This document shows, piece after piece, positions 9,306 to 18,970 of a DNA stretch of 64,000 bases. The DNA is from Dehalococcoidia bacterium (GTDB lineage Bacteria > Chloroflexota > Dehalococcoidia > Bin125): positions 1,856,001 through 1,920,000 of the forward strand of contig OY820591.1 in the NCBI GenBank assembly GCA_963555985.3, written 5' to 3'. The position numbers were made by a program, and so were the translations under genes. Every line of letters begins with the position of its first letter. Position 1 is the stretch's first letter. Under the pieces are notes generated by a model. The model ran no database searches. It worked only from the letters and a program-made list of their open reading frames with translations, and was not told the origin of the DNA.

Positions 9306-9976
9306 GGCCGCCGCGCCTCCTCAGCCAACTGCCAGACGTAGGACATGTCCACGGTCAACCCGTCTAACACGTCCTCACCGGATAGGGTTGCAGGGCGTTC
9401 CAGCAGTTCCGGGTCAAGCGCCGGGCGGTACACCCAGACAGTCAGCGCGTCCGGATCAATCAGCCAGCCGAGGCGCGCACCGAAGTGTATCCAGAGCGCC
9501 ATCCGGTCCTGCTGCTTGGCGACATCATCGGAGGGCGATTTGATCTCGACTACGAAATCGGGGCAGACCGCCCAATAGCCGCTGCCTCCTCGATGCTCGG
9601 CAGGCAGTTCGTCGTAGCGCTCGGGGCTGATCCATGAGAGGTCGGGTTCCATGCGGGGCGGCTCTTGCGGACGGCCGCCCAGCCAGTAGCCGCCGCTGGA
9701 GGTTCGCGCGCGCCCGCCGCCGCCAGCTGCCCGCCAGACTCCGAGATAGCGTGCGAGTTCCAACTCGATGTCCGAGGTGACGCCGCCCGAGCCCATGTTG
9801 ATCACCAACTCCCCATCGCAGCCGACCTCGAAGCGCCAGCCTGGATGGTCGGCGTCGAGGCGCTGCTGGAGGTCATCGTCGAATGCACCGTTGATCGGAG
9901 GCGGAATCCGAATCAGCGCGGGTACCGCAGGCAGCTCATGCGCCGTCGGCGCGGGCATCGTTGCGGTCTGAGGCAT
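9302..9976 (-). CDS. Uma2 family endonuclease, copy 4
   Basis: EPDLSWIS...CPDFVVEIKS...GARLGWLIDP; its stop overlaps the nuoI stop at CTAG. Confidence 0.9.
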   Translation of the reverse strand: MPQTATMPAPTAHELPAVPALIRIPPPINGAFDDDLQQRLDADHPGWRFEVGCDGELVINMGSGGVTSDIELELARYLGVWRAAGGGGRARTSSGGYWLGGRPQEPPRMEPDLSWISPERYDELPAEHRGGSGYWAVCPDFVVEIKSPSDDVAKQQDRMALWIHFGARLGWLIDPDALTVWVYRPALDPELLERPATLSGEDVLDGLTVDMSYVWQLAEEARRP

Positions 9977-10044
9977 TGGCGTGCCGTCCTCCCGTTGGGG
10001 ACAGTCTATCGGCGGGCGCTCTCGGTGGTCATCGAGTATCTCGG

Positions 10045-10122
10045 CACGACTGGGTGTATCCGAACGGTCAGCGGGCGGTGGAGCAGACGGTGCATCCGAC
10101 GGAGCGCCGGCAGCATCACTAG
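10045..10122 (+). repeat. 78-bp direct repeat, copy 2 (orphan nuoI 3' fragment)
   Basis: Encodes HDWVYPNGQRAVEQTVHPTERRQHH*, with one synonymous change versus nuoI. Confidence 0.95.
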
Positions 10123-10820
10123 CCGGAGTCGTCTGAATCCTCGGCGTCCTCGTCGGCGAAGGCCCAGACTTCGGCCAGATGTACGGTCAAGCCATTGAGC
10201 ACGTTCTCGCCGGAGAGCGTGGCGGGACGCTCTAGCCGTTCGGGCTCCTGACTCGGTCGGTAAATCCAGACCGTTTGTTGGAGCGGGTCAACGAGCCAGC
10301 CGAGTTGGGCGCCGAAGAGCAGCCACTCTTGCACTCGTTGTTGCTGCGCCGGGAGCGAGTCGGACGGCGATCGCACCTCGATCACGAAGGTGGGGCACAG
10401 ACTCCAGAATCCGCGCTTAGGGCGATTGGCGCGCGGGGTCGCTTCCAGCAGCTGCGGGCTGATCCAGGACACGTCCGGTGCGCGTGTCTTGCTGCCTAAG
10501 TCGGGGTGATAGACCTTGTAGGTACCATCGGATTCGCGAGCTCGCCCTCCTCCTCCCGTGGCACGCCAATTGCCCACCTGCCGCATTAATTCGCCGGCGA
10601 TGTCAGAGCTGTCTCCTCCAGCGATCATCCGCACCTCCAGTTCGCAATCCGCTCCGAGTTCGATCTTCCAGCCTTCGTTAAGCCGATTGAGTCGCTCCAG
10701 TTCCTCGTCGGTGGGAGGGGCGGGCAACTGAATGCGCAGGCAGACATCGCGCAATTCGGGCGCGACGAGCAGTGCATCGGCAGTGGTCTCCGTGGTCGGG
10801 CTTGCTTGGGCGGTGGTCAT
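10119..10820 (-). CDS. Uma2 family endonuclease, copy 5
   Basis: APDVSWIS...CPTFVIEVRS...GAQLGWLVDP; its stop overlaps CTAG of the orphan nuoI fragment. Confidence 0.9.
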   Translation of the reverse strand: MTTAQASPTTETTADALLVAPELRDVCLRIQLPAPPTDEELERLNRLNEGWKIELGADCELEVRMIAGGDSSDIAGELMRQVGNWRATGGGGRARESDGTYKVYHPDLGSKTRAPDVSWISPQLLEATPRANRPKRGFWSLCPTFVIEVRSPSDSLPAQQQRVQEWLLFGAQLGWLVDPLQQTVWIYRPSQEPERLERPATLSGENVLNGLTVHLAEVWAFADEDAEDSDDSG

Positions 10821-10896
10821 GCTCGCTCTCCGTGGTCCGGATCGTACATGGCGCGGGATTGGCCCAGGTGGTGCTCAGGACGGACTGGGTGGCGGC

Positions 10897-12585
10897 TCAG
10901 TCGTTCGCTGCCTGCTTCTCGCGTTGGGCGCGGAGGAAGTCCTGGATCGCGTAGTAGGGCGGCTGATACTCGAAATCGCCGTTGATCAGATCCTTGCCGA
11001 CGATCCCCATCAGATGATCGTTGGGGTGCGTGAGTATTGGAGCCTGATCGCGCCACGTATATATGATGATGCCGTGCACATCATCGCGCCGGGTGAGCGA
11101 CTCTAGCTGTCTCACGACGCGGCGAACGTGATCTTCTTCGCTATTGCCCCAAGCTCCGAGATGATCTTCAGTGTGCCACAGGGGGCGATCGTGATCGCCG
11201 TAGCGCGCCATTACTTCGCGGTAGCGGTCCAGCTCGTTAGGATTCCCGTAGTGAATTCCGGCAATGTCGTGCCACAGACCGAACCCCAGCTCATACATCG
11301 CCTCCAGGAAGGTGACGCCATCAATGCCGAAGTTGGGATCAACACCACTCCACCACATACAACAGAGCGATGCAGATACTATGACAGCGTCCGGGTTTTC
11401 GTACCATACGCCCAGCGCCAGGGCCTTCAACTGCAGGATAACCTGTAACGGGTCGCTACCGAGGAAATGCCCGTGGATGTTCACCTCATTGCCCAGTTCG
11501 TAGAGATTGAGCTGCGGAAAACGACGCGCCACGGCGCGGCCGAATTCTTCGGCGTCTCGAAGGTCTCGCACCAGCGAGTTCCAATAACCTTGATACACGG
11601 GATTGGGCTGGGTGATGTCAATAGGCGACGCCCAGTTCTGAGCGCTCACAAGCAGTATGGGCAACGGGGTAAGTCCTGCTGCGCCGAGTGTATCGAATAA
11701 TTGATCGTAGTCGTTGAGTATCGACTGATTGAGCACGCAGTTGGACTCATCCCATCCGCACATCACCCACATATCGATATGGAATCGGGCATGCGTTAGC
11801 CCAAGCTGCGAAATCGCCTCGGCTGCCAGCGCGATCGTATCTTCGCCGTGATAGATCCGTGGATAAGCGAAACGGTAGGTGGTCACGCCGTAGATCATGG
11901 GTTCCGCCAGCTTAAACGGCGACAGCTTGACTACGCGCGGCAACCCGACAAATGCAACCTGCCCCCTCTCATCCGCTGCGTATAAGCGAGCATCGTCATG
12001 CTTGCCCGGCAGCAACTCCACGTTGTCCGACGCCGGACCGTGATGATTCAGACGCCCATCCAGCAACCAATACACCTCGATCTCACCGACGCCGCCCGCT
12101 ACCTCGGCCTTGACCGAGAGGCGCTCGTCGTCGGAGCGGAGCAGGATCAGGTCCTCCAGCGGGCTGTCTTCGTTGGGCCAATGGGCCTCGAAGCGCAGCG
12201 GATCGTCCGGCGGATCGGCCAGGCGCAGTTCGGCGTGCGGATCGATTTCGGCGAGCGGATTGGGAACGACCAGGTCATACTTGGCTTTGGCGGAGAGCAG
12301 ATACTGCGCGCGGGGGAGCAGGTGCAGCTCGGGCAGGGTCGGATCGTCCTGGCCGAGGAAGTGCGAGAGCCACTCTTGACGCACTGCGTCCCAGCGGTGA
12401 ATCTGCGTGACTGGAGTCTCGGCGAAGTCTGCAATTGGATAGGGCTCGGCGCCGTTCCAGGTGATGACGTTTTGGCCCGGCGTCAGGCGAAGCGTGCTGG
12501 TGTGATCGGAGGCTGAGACGAGGGCGGTCAGAGCGACAGCGGCGAGCAGCGCGATGAAGACGAAACTCAAAGGCGAGCGGCTCAT
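10897..12585 (-). CDS. Secreted clan GH-A glycoside hydrolase (GH5/GH39-like) with N-terminal accessory domains
   Basis: Hydrophobic signal peptide; YELGNEVN (acid/base) and LWHTE (nucleophile) motifs. Confidence 0.7.
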   Translation of the reverse strand: MSRSPLSFVFIALLAAVALTALVSASDHTSTLRLTPGQNVITWNGAEPYPIADFAETPVTQIHRWDAVRQEWLSHFLGQDDPTLPELHLLPRAQYLLSAKAKYDLVVPNPLAEIDPHAELRLADPPDDPLRFEAHWPNEDSPLEDLILLRSDDERLSVKAEVAGGVGEIEVYWLLDGRLNHHGPASDNVELLPGKHDDARLYAADERGQVAFVGLPRVVKLSPFKLAEPMIYGVTTYRFAYPRIYHGEDTIALAAEAISQLGLTHARFHIDMWVMCGWDESNCVLNQSILNDYDQLFDTLGAAGLTPLPILLVSAQNWASPIDITQPNPVYQGYWNSLVRDLRDAEEFGRAVARRFPQLNLYELGNEVNIHGHFLGSDPLQVILQLKALALGVWYENPDAVIVSASLCCMWWSGVDPNFGIDGVTFLEAMYELGFGLWHDIAGIHYGNPNELDRYREVMARYGDHDRPLWHTEDHLGAWGNSEEDHVRRVVRQLESLTRRDDVHGIIIYTWRDQAPILTHPNDHLMGIVGKDLINGDFEYQPPYYAIQDFLRAQREKQAAND

Positions 12586-12608
12586 GCTGCGCTTCCCCAG
12601 CCTCAGTA

Positions 12609-13283
12609 TCATTCAGCGCCGCGCGCTTTGCTTTCGTCTATCAATGCCCAGATTTCCGACATCTCCACCTCCAAGCCGACCATTACGTCTTCGCCGCTGA
12701 GTGTTGCGGGACGGTCGAGGCGCTCCGGTTCGCGGTCAGGACGGTAGATCCAAACGGTTTCCTCGAACGGATCGATCAGCCAGCCCAGGCGGACGCCGTA
12801 GCTCATCCAGAGTTCCATGCGCTCTTGCTGATTTTCGGGCGACTGGGAGGGTGATCTGATTTCGAGGATGAAAGCGGGGCAGACGGCGTAGGAGCGGCGC
12901 ATTTCATCGCCTGTGAGCGCCGCCACTTGTTCGGGAGAGACCCAGGAATAGTCGGGAATCAAGAAGCGGCCTTCGTCGGCGACGCCGCCAGGCCAGTAGC
13001 CGGACTGCGAAGAGCGCGGTCTGCCGCCTCCACCGCCGCCAAACCTCCAGTTACCGAACTTCCAGGCAATCACGGACTCGATATCGCCGCTGTCACCGCC
13101 CGCGTGCATATTGATGACCAGCTCTCCATTTTGGTCCAATTCGAATTTCCAACCCGGATTGGCTTCGCTCAGGCGCTCCAAGTCCAGGTCGTTCCACGGC
13201 GATCGTTCGTCGCGGGCGATTCGGATGGCCCCACGCAGTTCTCGCGCCGCTGCGGGAGGCGGTTTGGTCGCCAGTGGCGGCAT
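12609..13283 (-). CDS. Uma2 family endonuclease, copy 6
   Basis: IPDYSWVS...CPAFILEIRS...GVRLGWLIDP; GGAG RBS before ATG 13283. Confidence 0.9.
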   Translation of the reverse strand: MPPLATKPPPAAARELRGAIRIARDERSPWNDLDLERLSEANPGWKFELDQNGELVINMHAGGDSGDIESVIAWKFGNWRFGGGGGGRPRSSQSGYWPGGVADEGRFLIPDYSWVSPEQVAALTGDEMRRSYAVCPAFILEIRSPSQSPENQQERMELWMSYGVRLGWLIDPFEETVWIYRPDREPERLDRPATLSGEDVMVGLEVEMSEIWALIDESKARGAE

Positions 13284-13392
13284 CGCACGCTGCTCCTCTC
13301 CGGAGCGAGGATAGGCGCTCGACCGAGGCGGCGGATTTTGGGCTGCTGATAAACTGAGCCTCGGTTCCACGCGCCCGCACGGGGGAGGCTCT

Positions 13393-15960
13393 ATGGCGAC
13401 GATCACGATCAATGGACGGGCGGTTGAGGCTGCGGTTGGCGCTCCGCTGGTCGAGGTCATCAAGAACGCCGGTTTTCCGATCTCGAACCTGTGCTACCTG
13501 GACGGGCTGCCGCCGTATGCCGGCTGCCGCACCTGCGCGGTCGAGGTTGAGGGGATGCGCGGGTTGCCGCTGTCGTGCACGACGACGGTGATGGACGGGA
13601 TGGTCGTGCGCACCGATACGCCGGCCGTGACGGAGATGCGGCAGGAAGTGCTGGCGGTAATTCTGGCCAACCACTCCGACCGCTGCCTCACCTGCCATCG
13701 CGTGGAGCACTGCCGCACCGGTGAGATCTGTCTACGCGACAACGAGGTCACGCACCGCTGCGTAACCTGCTCGAAGAACTACCGCTGCGAGTTGCAGACC
13801 TCCTGCGACGCGGCTGATGTGGGGCGAGCGAACGTTGAGCCGTACATCGACGAGGCGCGGACGTATTACCGCTATCAGCAGCCGGAGCCGGATCGGGCGA
13901 ATCCGTTCTTTGAGTTCGACCCGCAGATGTGCATCATCTGCACGCGCTGTGTGCGGGCCTGCGACGACCTGCGGCATACGACGGCGATCACGCTGGCCGG
14001 ACGCGGCTTCTCGACCCGGATCGCATTCGGTGCGGGTGGTCAGATTGACGAGTCGAACTGCGATTTCTGCGGGGCGTGCGTAGATGTGTGCCCGACGGCG
14101 ACGCTGATGGAAGCGCCGAACAAGTGGGTGGCGCGTCCGGATCGGTGGGTGACGACGACCTGCACCGAGTGCTCGATGGGCTGCACGATCCAGATGGGTG
14201 TACGCGACGGTCGCGGCGTGCAGGTACGGCCGGGCAACGGGAACGATGTCTCGCGCAATCAGATCTGCGTGCGCGGCCGCTTCGGCTACGACCAGACGCG
14301 GGATCGGGATCGGTTGCGGTCGGCCTGGATTGGTCGGGGCGAGGATGCGTTCGAGCAGGACGGCGATGCCGTGGTCGAACACGCCGCCGCCGCCTTGACC
14401 GCGATCCTTGAAGCGCATGGCTCGTCCGCGGTGGGTATGCTCGGATCTGGTCAGTCCACGCTTGAGGAGCTGTATGCGCTGCGAACGCTCGCCGAGCGCC
14501 TGGGCGTGACGAATCTTGATTCGTCGTTCGGCGCGGTCACGGCTGCGATCGGCTCAGCGTTGCAGGATGCATTCGGTTCCGAGCATCTGCCCTCGCGCCT
14601 GACCTCGGTCGAATCCGCAGATCTGATTGTCGCGATCGGCGATGACATTTCCGCCTCGAACAATGTGCTCGGTGTGCGGATCAAGGATGCGGTGGCGAAT
14701 AACGGCGCTTCGCTGATCTCGATTTCTTCGCGCCGCAATCCGCTCGCCGACTATGCCGTTGACGATGAGCACGCGCTGCATCCCTCCGACGGCGACTTGG
14801 CGGGCGTTTCGCAGGCGCTGGCTGCGTCGCTCTTGCGCGACCTGGACGTTCGTACCTCGCTCTCTGAGCTCGAGGGGCTTGGCGATGTTACGGGTTCGCG
14901 CGACGGTCTCGGCGCGGCGGCGACGACGCTTACGCGGCGGCGCGGGGAAGCGGTAGCGGTAGTGGTCGCGCCCTCGCGCGGCCATGCAGGCCAGGCGGGG
15001 GCGCAGGTTCGGGCGGCGGCGAATTTGGCGATTGCGCTCGCGGGAGCGGACGCGGCTCCGCAGGCGCTGCACGTGCTGCCGCCCGAGGCGAACTCGGTCG
15101 GTCTGCGCGATCTCGGTATTCGTCCCGGTGACGACGGCCTCGATGCCGCCGGCATGTTGGCGGCCGCTCGCAGCGGCGGACTGAAGGCGCTGATCGTCGC
15201 GCGGGACAATCCGGTCCTGCTCCATTCCGACCGCGACGGGACTCTTGCCGCCTTAGCCGCGCTTGACCTGCTGTTGGTGATTGACGAAGTGGAGACTGAA
15301 ACCGTCGCCGCGGCGACGCACGTGCTGCCCGATGTCTCGGCGTTCGCCAAAGATGGTCATGTCGCCAACGCCGACCGTCAGATCCTGCGGCTGCGAGCGG
15401 CGACCGCTGAGCAGCGCGGCGGACGCAGCCTGAGCGCATGGCTCGCCGAGCTGTCGAGCCGCCTCGAGGCGATTGACGGCGCGCCTGAGACTCCCGCGAA
15501 TCCGCGCGAGGCGCGAGCGGCGATCGCGCGAAGCGACAGCCGCTACGCCGCGCTCACGGAGGTTGGCACGACCCAGTCGCGGATGAGTCCCAACGGGGCG
15601 GCGACGCAGCGAATGCTGGCCGTGCCTGCAACCGGGGCGGTTGGCGGTCTGACGCTGTTGAGCGGGCGTGATCTCTACACGGATCGGCTCTCGGCGGCGC
15701 GCGGCGACGCTGACGCCGACCTGCTGCATCGCGGTGAGGGCCTTCAGATTCACCCGGCCGACGCAGCCGAGCGCGGGATCGAAAACGGCGCGGCGGTGCG
15801 GGTCAGCGCGAACGGCACGCAACTCGAGCTGGCGGCCGAGGTGACCGAGGACGTGCCGCAAGGCGCGGTCTGGGCGTCGATTTTGGCCCAGCGCGGGGCT
15901 GTGCAAGCGTTCTTGAGCGGCGAGCGCTTGGTTGGGGTAGGGGTCGCGCCCGCCGGGTAA
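13393..15960 (+). CDS. NuoG/FdhA-like molybdopterin-oxidoreductase-fold Fe-S protein
   Basis: N-terminal 2Fe-2S (CY..GCRTC..C), HxxxCxxC, CIICTRCVRAC, CDFCGACVDVCP, CTECSMGC...ICVRGRFG and a C-terminal molybdopterin-dinucleotide-type domain (IHPADA..RGI). No obvious catalytic Cys/Sec. Confidence 0.8.
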   Translation: MATITINGRAVEAAVGAPLVEVIKNAGFPISNLCYLDGLPPYAGCRTCAVEVEGMRGLPLSCTTTVMDGMVVRTDTPAVTEMRQEVLAVILANHSDRCLTCHRVEHCRTGEICLRDNEVTHRCVTCSKNYRCELQTSCDAADVGRANVEPYIDEARTYYRYQQPEPDRANPFFEFDPQMCIICTRCVRACDDLRHTTAITLAGRGFSTRIAFGAGGQIDESNCDFCGACVDVCPTATLMEAPNKWVARPDRWVTTTCTECSMGCTIQMGVRDGRGVQVRPGNGNDVSRNQICVRGRFGYDQTRDRDRLRSAWIGRGEDAFEQDGDAVVEHAAAALTAILEAHGSSAVGMLGSGQSTLEELYALRTLAERLGVTNLDSSFGAVTAAIGSALQDAFGSEHLPSRLTSVESADLIVAIGDDISASNNVLGVRIKDAVANNGASLISISSRRNPLADYAVDDEHALHPSDGDLAGVSQALAASLLRDLDVRTSLSELEGLGDVTGSRDGLGAAATTLTRRRGEAVAVVVAPSRGHAGQAGAQVRAAANLAIALAGADAAPQALHVLPPEANSVGLRDLGIRPGDDGLDAAGMLAAARSGGLKALIVARDNPVLLHSDRDGTLAALAALDLLLVIDEVETETVAAATHVLPDVSAFAKDGHVANADRQILRLRAATAEQRGGRSLSAWLAELSSRLEAIDGAPETPANPREARAAIARSDSRYAALTEVGTTQSRMSPNGAATQRMLAVPATGAVGGLTLLSGRDLYTDRLSAARGDADADLLHRGEGLQIHPADAAERGIENGAAVRVSANGTQLELAAEVTEDVPQGAVWASILAQRGAVQAFLSGERLVGVGVAPAG

Positions 15961-16256
15961 GGCCGTGAGGTCGCTGCGGCAATGACGGAGCGGAGTTTCG
16001 CACAAGTCTCCTGGGCTGGAACGTGGTACAAATTGGAGAGCGAGGGTGAATGCCCCGAGCGGCGCGGTCGGCGCGGTTTGCATCGGCTGCACGATCAATG
16101 TGTTGCTGACAGGGGGGCGTGGGAACAGATCGGAATGATTGTTCATCGCTCGATTGCAGCGTCTATCGATCGGGAACAACACGCGCGCCCACTTCAGTAC
16201 AAACGCGCAACGCGGCATGAATTTGCAGGTGACTAGAAAGAGAGCAGGTGCAAGAG

Positions 16257-17624
16257 ATGACCGAATTCGAGATGAGCGACAGCACGCCAGGGGAGTCGGC
16301 ACAGGCCAGGCACTACGTGTTTGTGGACGGGCCGAGCGTTGACGGGACCCTGGGTCGAGTCCTGAACGCGCAACCCGATCTGCGCACCCGCCCGGACTGG
16401 CACGGCCTGATTCCCTTTGTCCGGCGTGAGTGGGGCGAGGCTGATGCGGTCGCCACCTTCGTGATGTGGAGTCCGGGCAATCCGGGCTTCATGAACTTTC
16501 TGGAACGGGCCGGGTTCCGGCTGGATGTGGCCGACCGCTTGATCGATCCGGACGGGATCGTCCGGATCATCACCGAGCGGATTGAGCAGATCGAAGCCGA
16601 TCTCGGTCCGGACGACGGATACGACGTGATGGTCGCCACGCACAACCGGCGGCTGATCGGACAACTGACCTCGGTCGCGCCCTCGGCGGAACGGATCGGT
16701 CTGCTGGGTTTCGACGAATGGCTGCCGGACGATCAGGAGCTTGAGGAACGGATCGAGGTGTTTGATCTGGAAACGGACGCGCGCTTGTTCCGCGTCGACC
16801 TTGGCCGTGGTCAGAGCGAGGAGGACGGTCCCGCTCGTCCCGAGGTTGAGTCAGGCATCGTGGGGCCGGAGCTGCGGGCGCGGACGGCGATGGAGTTCGA
16901 GACTCCGGTGCCCAGAGCGCGGCCGATCGTCTCTCCGCCGCGAACTGCCAGCCCGCCGTTCCCGGATGAGATCGAGAGCGTGGTGGCGCCGGCGGCAGGC
17001 CCATTGCCGCCGCTGGAAGAACCGGACGAGCCGCCGCCGGGTCCTGCGCGCGACTTTTATCTGCTCGTCGACGGACGCAGCATCGACCAGGAGCTCGGCG
17101 AGATCATCGGTGAGAAGCCGCAGGCCGACTCACGTCCGCGTTGGGAGCTGGTCTACCGTTTCGCCATGCAGCGCTCTCGCGCCGAACACCGACAGATTCG
17201 CGCCCTGTTCGTGCATATTGGACCGGGTCACGCGGGGTTCAAGCGTGCGTTGCAGCATTTGGGATACCGCACGATGCCGGTGATGCCCGACGGCTACAAC
17301 ACCGCACGCTCGGTGGTCGAGGAAGCCGTCTGCCGGGTGCTGGAGGCTCGCGCCCTGCGCGGTGAGGAGGGGCAACCGGCGCCGGATGTGATGGTGATTG
17401 CGCACAGCGTCAGCGTGTTCGAGCGGCTCAGCGCGCTCCCCGACTCGGGGCAGCGGCTGATGGCGCTGGGCTTTCCCGAGCGGATGCCGGTCGACATCTA
17501 TCCCCGGATCGAACGCTTCGACATTGAATACGACGCGGCTGCGTTCCTCTCACCGCTGCCGCGGATGCAAGGCGTCGATGTCGACGACTTCGATCCCGAT
17601 GCGGAGTTGGATCGGCTCTTCTGA
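16257..17624 (+). CDS. Tandem NYN/LabA-like (PIN-fold) domain protein with Pro-rich linker, active sites degenerate
   Basis: Two repeats VFVDGPSVD..LG..L...P...RPDW and LLVDGRSID..LG..I...P...RPRW, each ending in FDLE/FDIE; start codon uncertain (16248, 16257 or 16272). Confidence 0.7.
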   Translation: MTEFEMSDSTPGESAQARHYVFVDGPSVDGTLGRVLNAQPDLRTRPDWHGLIPFVRREWGEADAVATFVMWSPGNPGFMNFLERAGFRLDVADRLIDPDGIVRIITERIEQIEADLGPDDGYDVMVATHNRRLIGQLTSVAPSAERIGLLGFDEWLPDDQELEERIEVFDLETDARLFRVDLGRGQSEEDGPARPEVESGIVGPELRARTAMEFETPVPRARPIVSPPRTASPPFPDEIESVVAPAAGPLPPLEEPDEPPPGPARDFYLLVDGRSIDQELGEIIGEKPQADSRPRWELVYRFAMQRSRAEHRQIRALFVHIGPGHAGFKRALQHLGYRTMPVMPDGYNTARSVVEEAVCRVLEARALRGEEGQPAPDVMVIAHSVSVFERLSALPDSGQRLMALGFPERMPVDIYPRIERFDIEYDAAAFLSPLPRMQGVDVDDFDPDAELDRLF

Positions 17625-17639
17625 TTCGGGCGGTTGGGT

Positions 17640-18773
17640 CTAGAGATCGAACGGGAGCGCGGCGCCGATCCCGAAGGTGACAGCCGTAGCCAAGAGACCG
17701 ACTGCGACGGATCGGGCCGCGGCATAGAGTGGATGCCGGCTGGTGATGAAGCTGCTGAGCACGCCGGCGACGCCGAGCAGTGTGGCGCAGGCTGCGACGG
17801 CGGCGATCAGCGTCCACCAGCCGGGCGTCCAGCCGGCGAGCGCCGCCACCAGGAATGGGATCACGGGCACGATCGCGCCGAGTGAGAAGGCCGTGAAACT
17901 GCCGGCGGCAGCGCGAACGGGGGAACCCAGGTCGGACGGATCCAGGCCGAGCTCTTCACGCGCGAGCGTATCGAGCGCCGTCGCCGGATCGGCCATGAGT
18001 TCGTCGGCGACTTGCTCGGCGAGGCTCTGCGAAAGTCCTTTGCGACGATAGATTCGCACCAATTCGGCGCGTTCCTCGGCGGGGTCGAGGAGCAGTTCGT
18101 CGCGCTCGTGCGCGATCTGCTGTTCCTGCAGCTCGGCCTGGCTGCGCACTGAGATGTACTCGCCGGCCGCCATCGAGAATGCGCCCGCGAGCCAGCCGCC
18201 AATCCCGGCAACGAGGATCACATCGGAGTCGATGGCGACGCCCGCAACCCCGGCCACGAGCGCCAGGTTCGAGACGATCCCGTCGTTGAGACCGAAGAGC
18301 GTCGCGCGGAACGCGCCGGCAGAGCTTTGCCCGGCCAGCGCCTCCTCATGTCCGATCTGATCGTCAATGCTGGCCAGGGTCGCGCGGTGCTCGCGTTCCT
18401 CATCCGCCAGTGTGCCCGCGTCGGGGTCGGCTTCGTAGCGGCGAATGTCCGTCAGTTCCTCGCGCCGAAGCTGATCGATGACAAAGCCGAGCCCGCCGAA
18501 GCGCGCCCACCAAGCCATCAGCCGGCGTCGAAACGACGGCGGCGGCGGGTTGAGCAGCAGGTGATCGGAGCCGAGCAACGCGCACCAGTGCGCTGCATGT
18601 TCACGCTCGGAATCCGCCATCTCGCGGAGTGCTTGCGCGAGCTTCGGCTCGGTCCGGCGGGACAGTTGGTCGTAGAGCCAGGCCGCGCCGAGCTCGTCGA
18701 CCACCATTTCGGTGACCTTCTGCCGGCGCTCTTCGGTGAGCGGAGCTTGCGGTCTTGGCGGCGTGACGACCAT
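17640..18773 (-). CDS. VIT1/CCC1 family metal transporter with N-terminal rubrerythrin-like domain
   Basis: E..H helices, FGLNDGIVSN, SMAAGEYISVRSQ and TLAREELGLDP. Confidence 0.9.
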   Translation of the reverse strand: MVVTPPRPQAPLTEERRQKVTEMVVDELGAAWLYDQLSRRTEPKLAQALREMADSEREHAAHWCALLGSDHLLLNPPPPSFRRRLMAWWARFGGLGFVIDQLRREELTDIRRYEADPDAGTLADEEREHRATLASIDDQIGHEEALAGQSSAGAFRATLFGLNDGIVSNLALVAGVAGVAIDSDVILVAGIGGWLAGAFSMAAGEYISVRSQAELQEQQIAHERDELLLDPAEERAELVRIYRRKGLSQSLAEQVADELMADPATALDTLAREELGLDPSDLGSPVRAAAGSFTAFSLGAIVPVIPFLVAALAGWTPGWWTLIAAVAACATLLGVAGVLSSFITSRHPLYAAARSVAVGLLATAVTFGIGAALPFDL

Positions 18774-18970
18774 GACTCGATTGTAGGCGGGGATCAGAGT
18801 CGGAATTGACAGGCGGAAGTCAAACTTTGGTATCCAGCCGGACTCCCCTGCAAAGTGAGAGGCTCGAATGTGACGGACTGTACGCGCGAGTTGGACGAGG
18901 GGCTACGACATTCGCGGAATCCGCGCGATGATCGGGATGAGCGCGCGACCGGATCGGGGAGGGCTTAGAC

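Noticed and set aside
13393-15960. Selenocysteine formate dehydrogenase
   Set aside because: No in-frame TGA or catalytic Cys/Sec-His motif was seen; NuoG-like is more likely.
18806-18823. TTGAC-N8-GTCAA palindrome between the VIT1 gene and hisG as an operator
   Set aside because: Single short occurrence with no regulator nearby; cannot be distinguished from chance.
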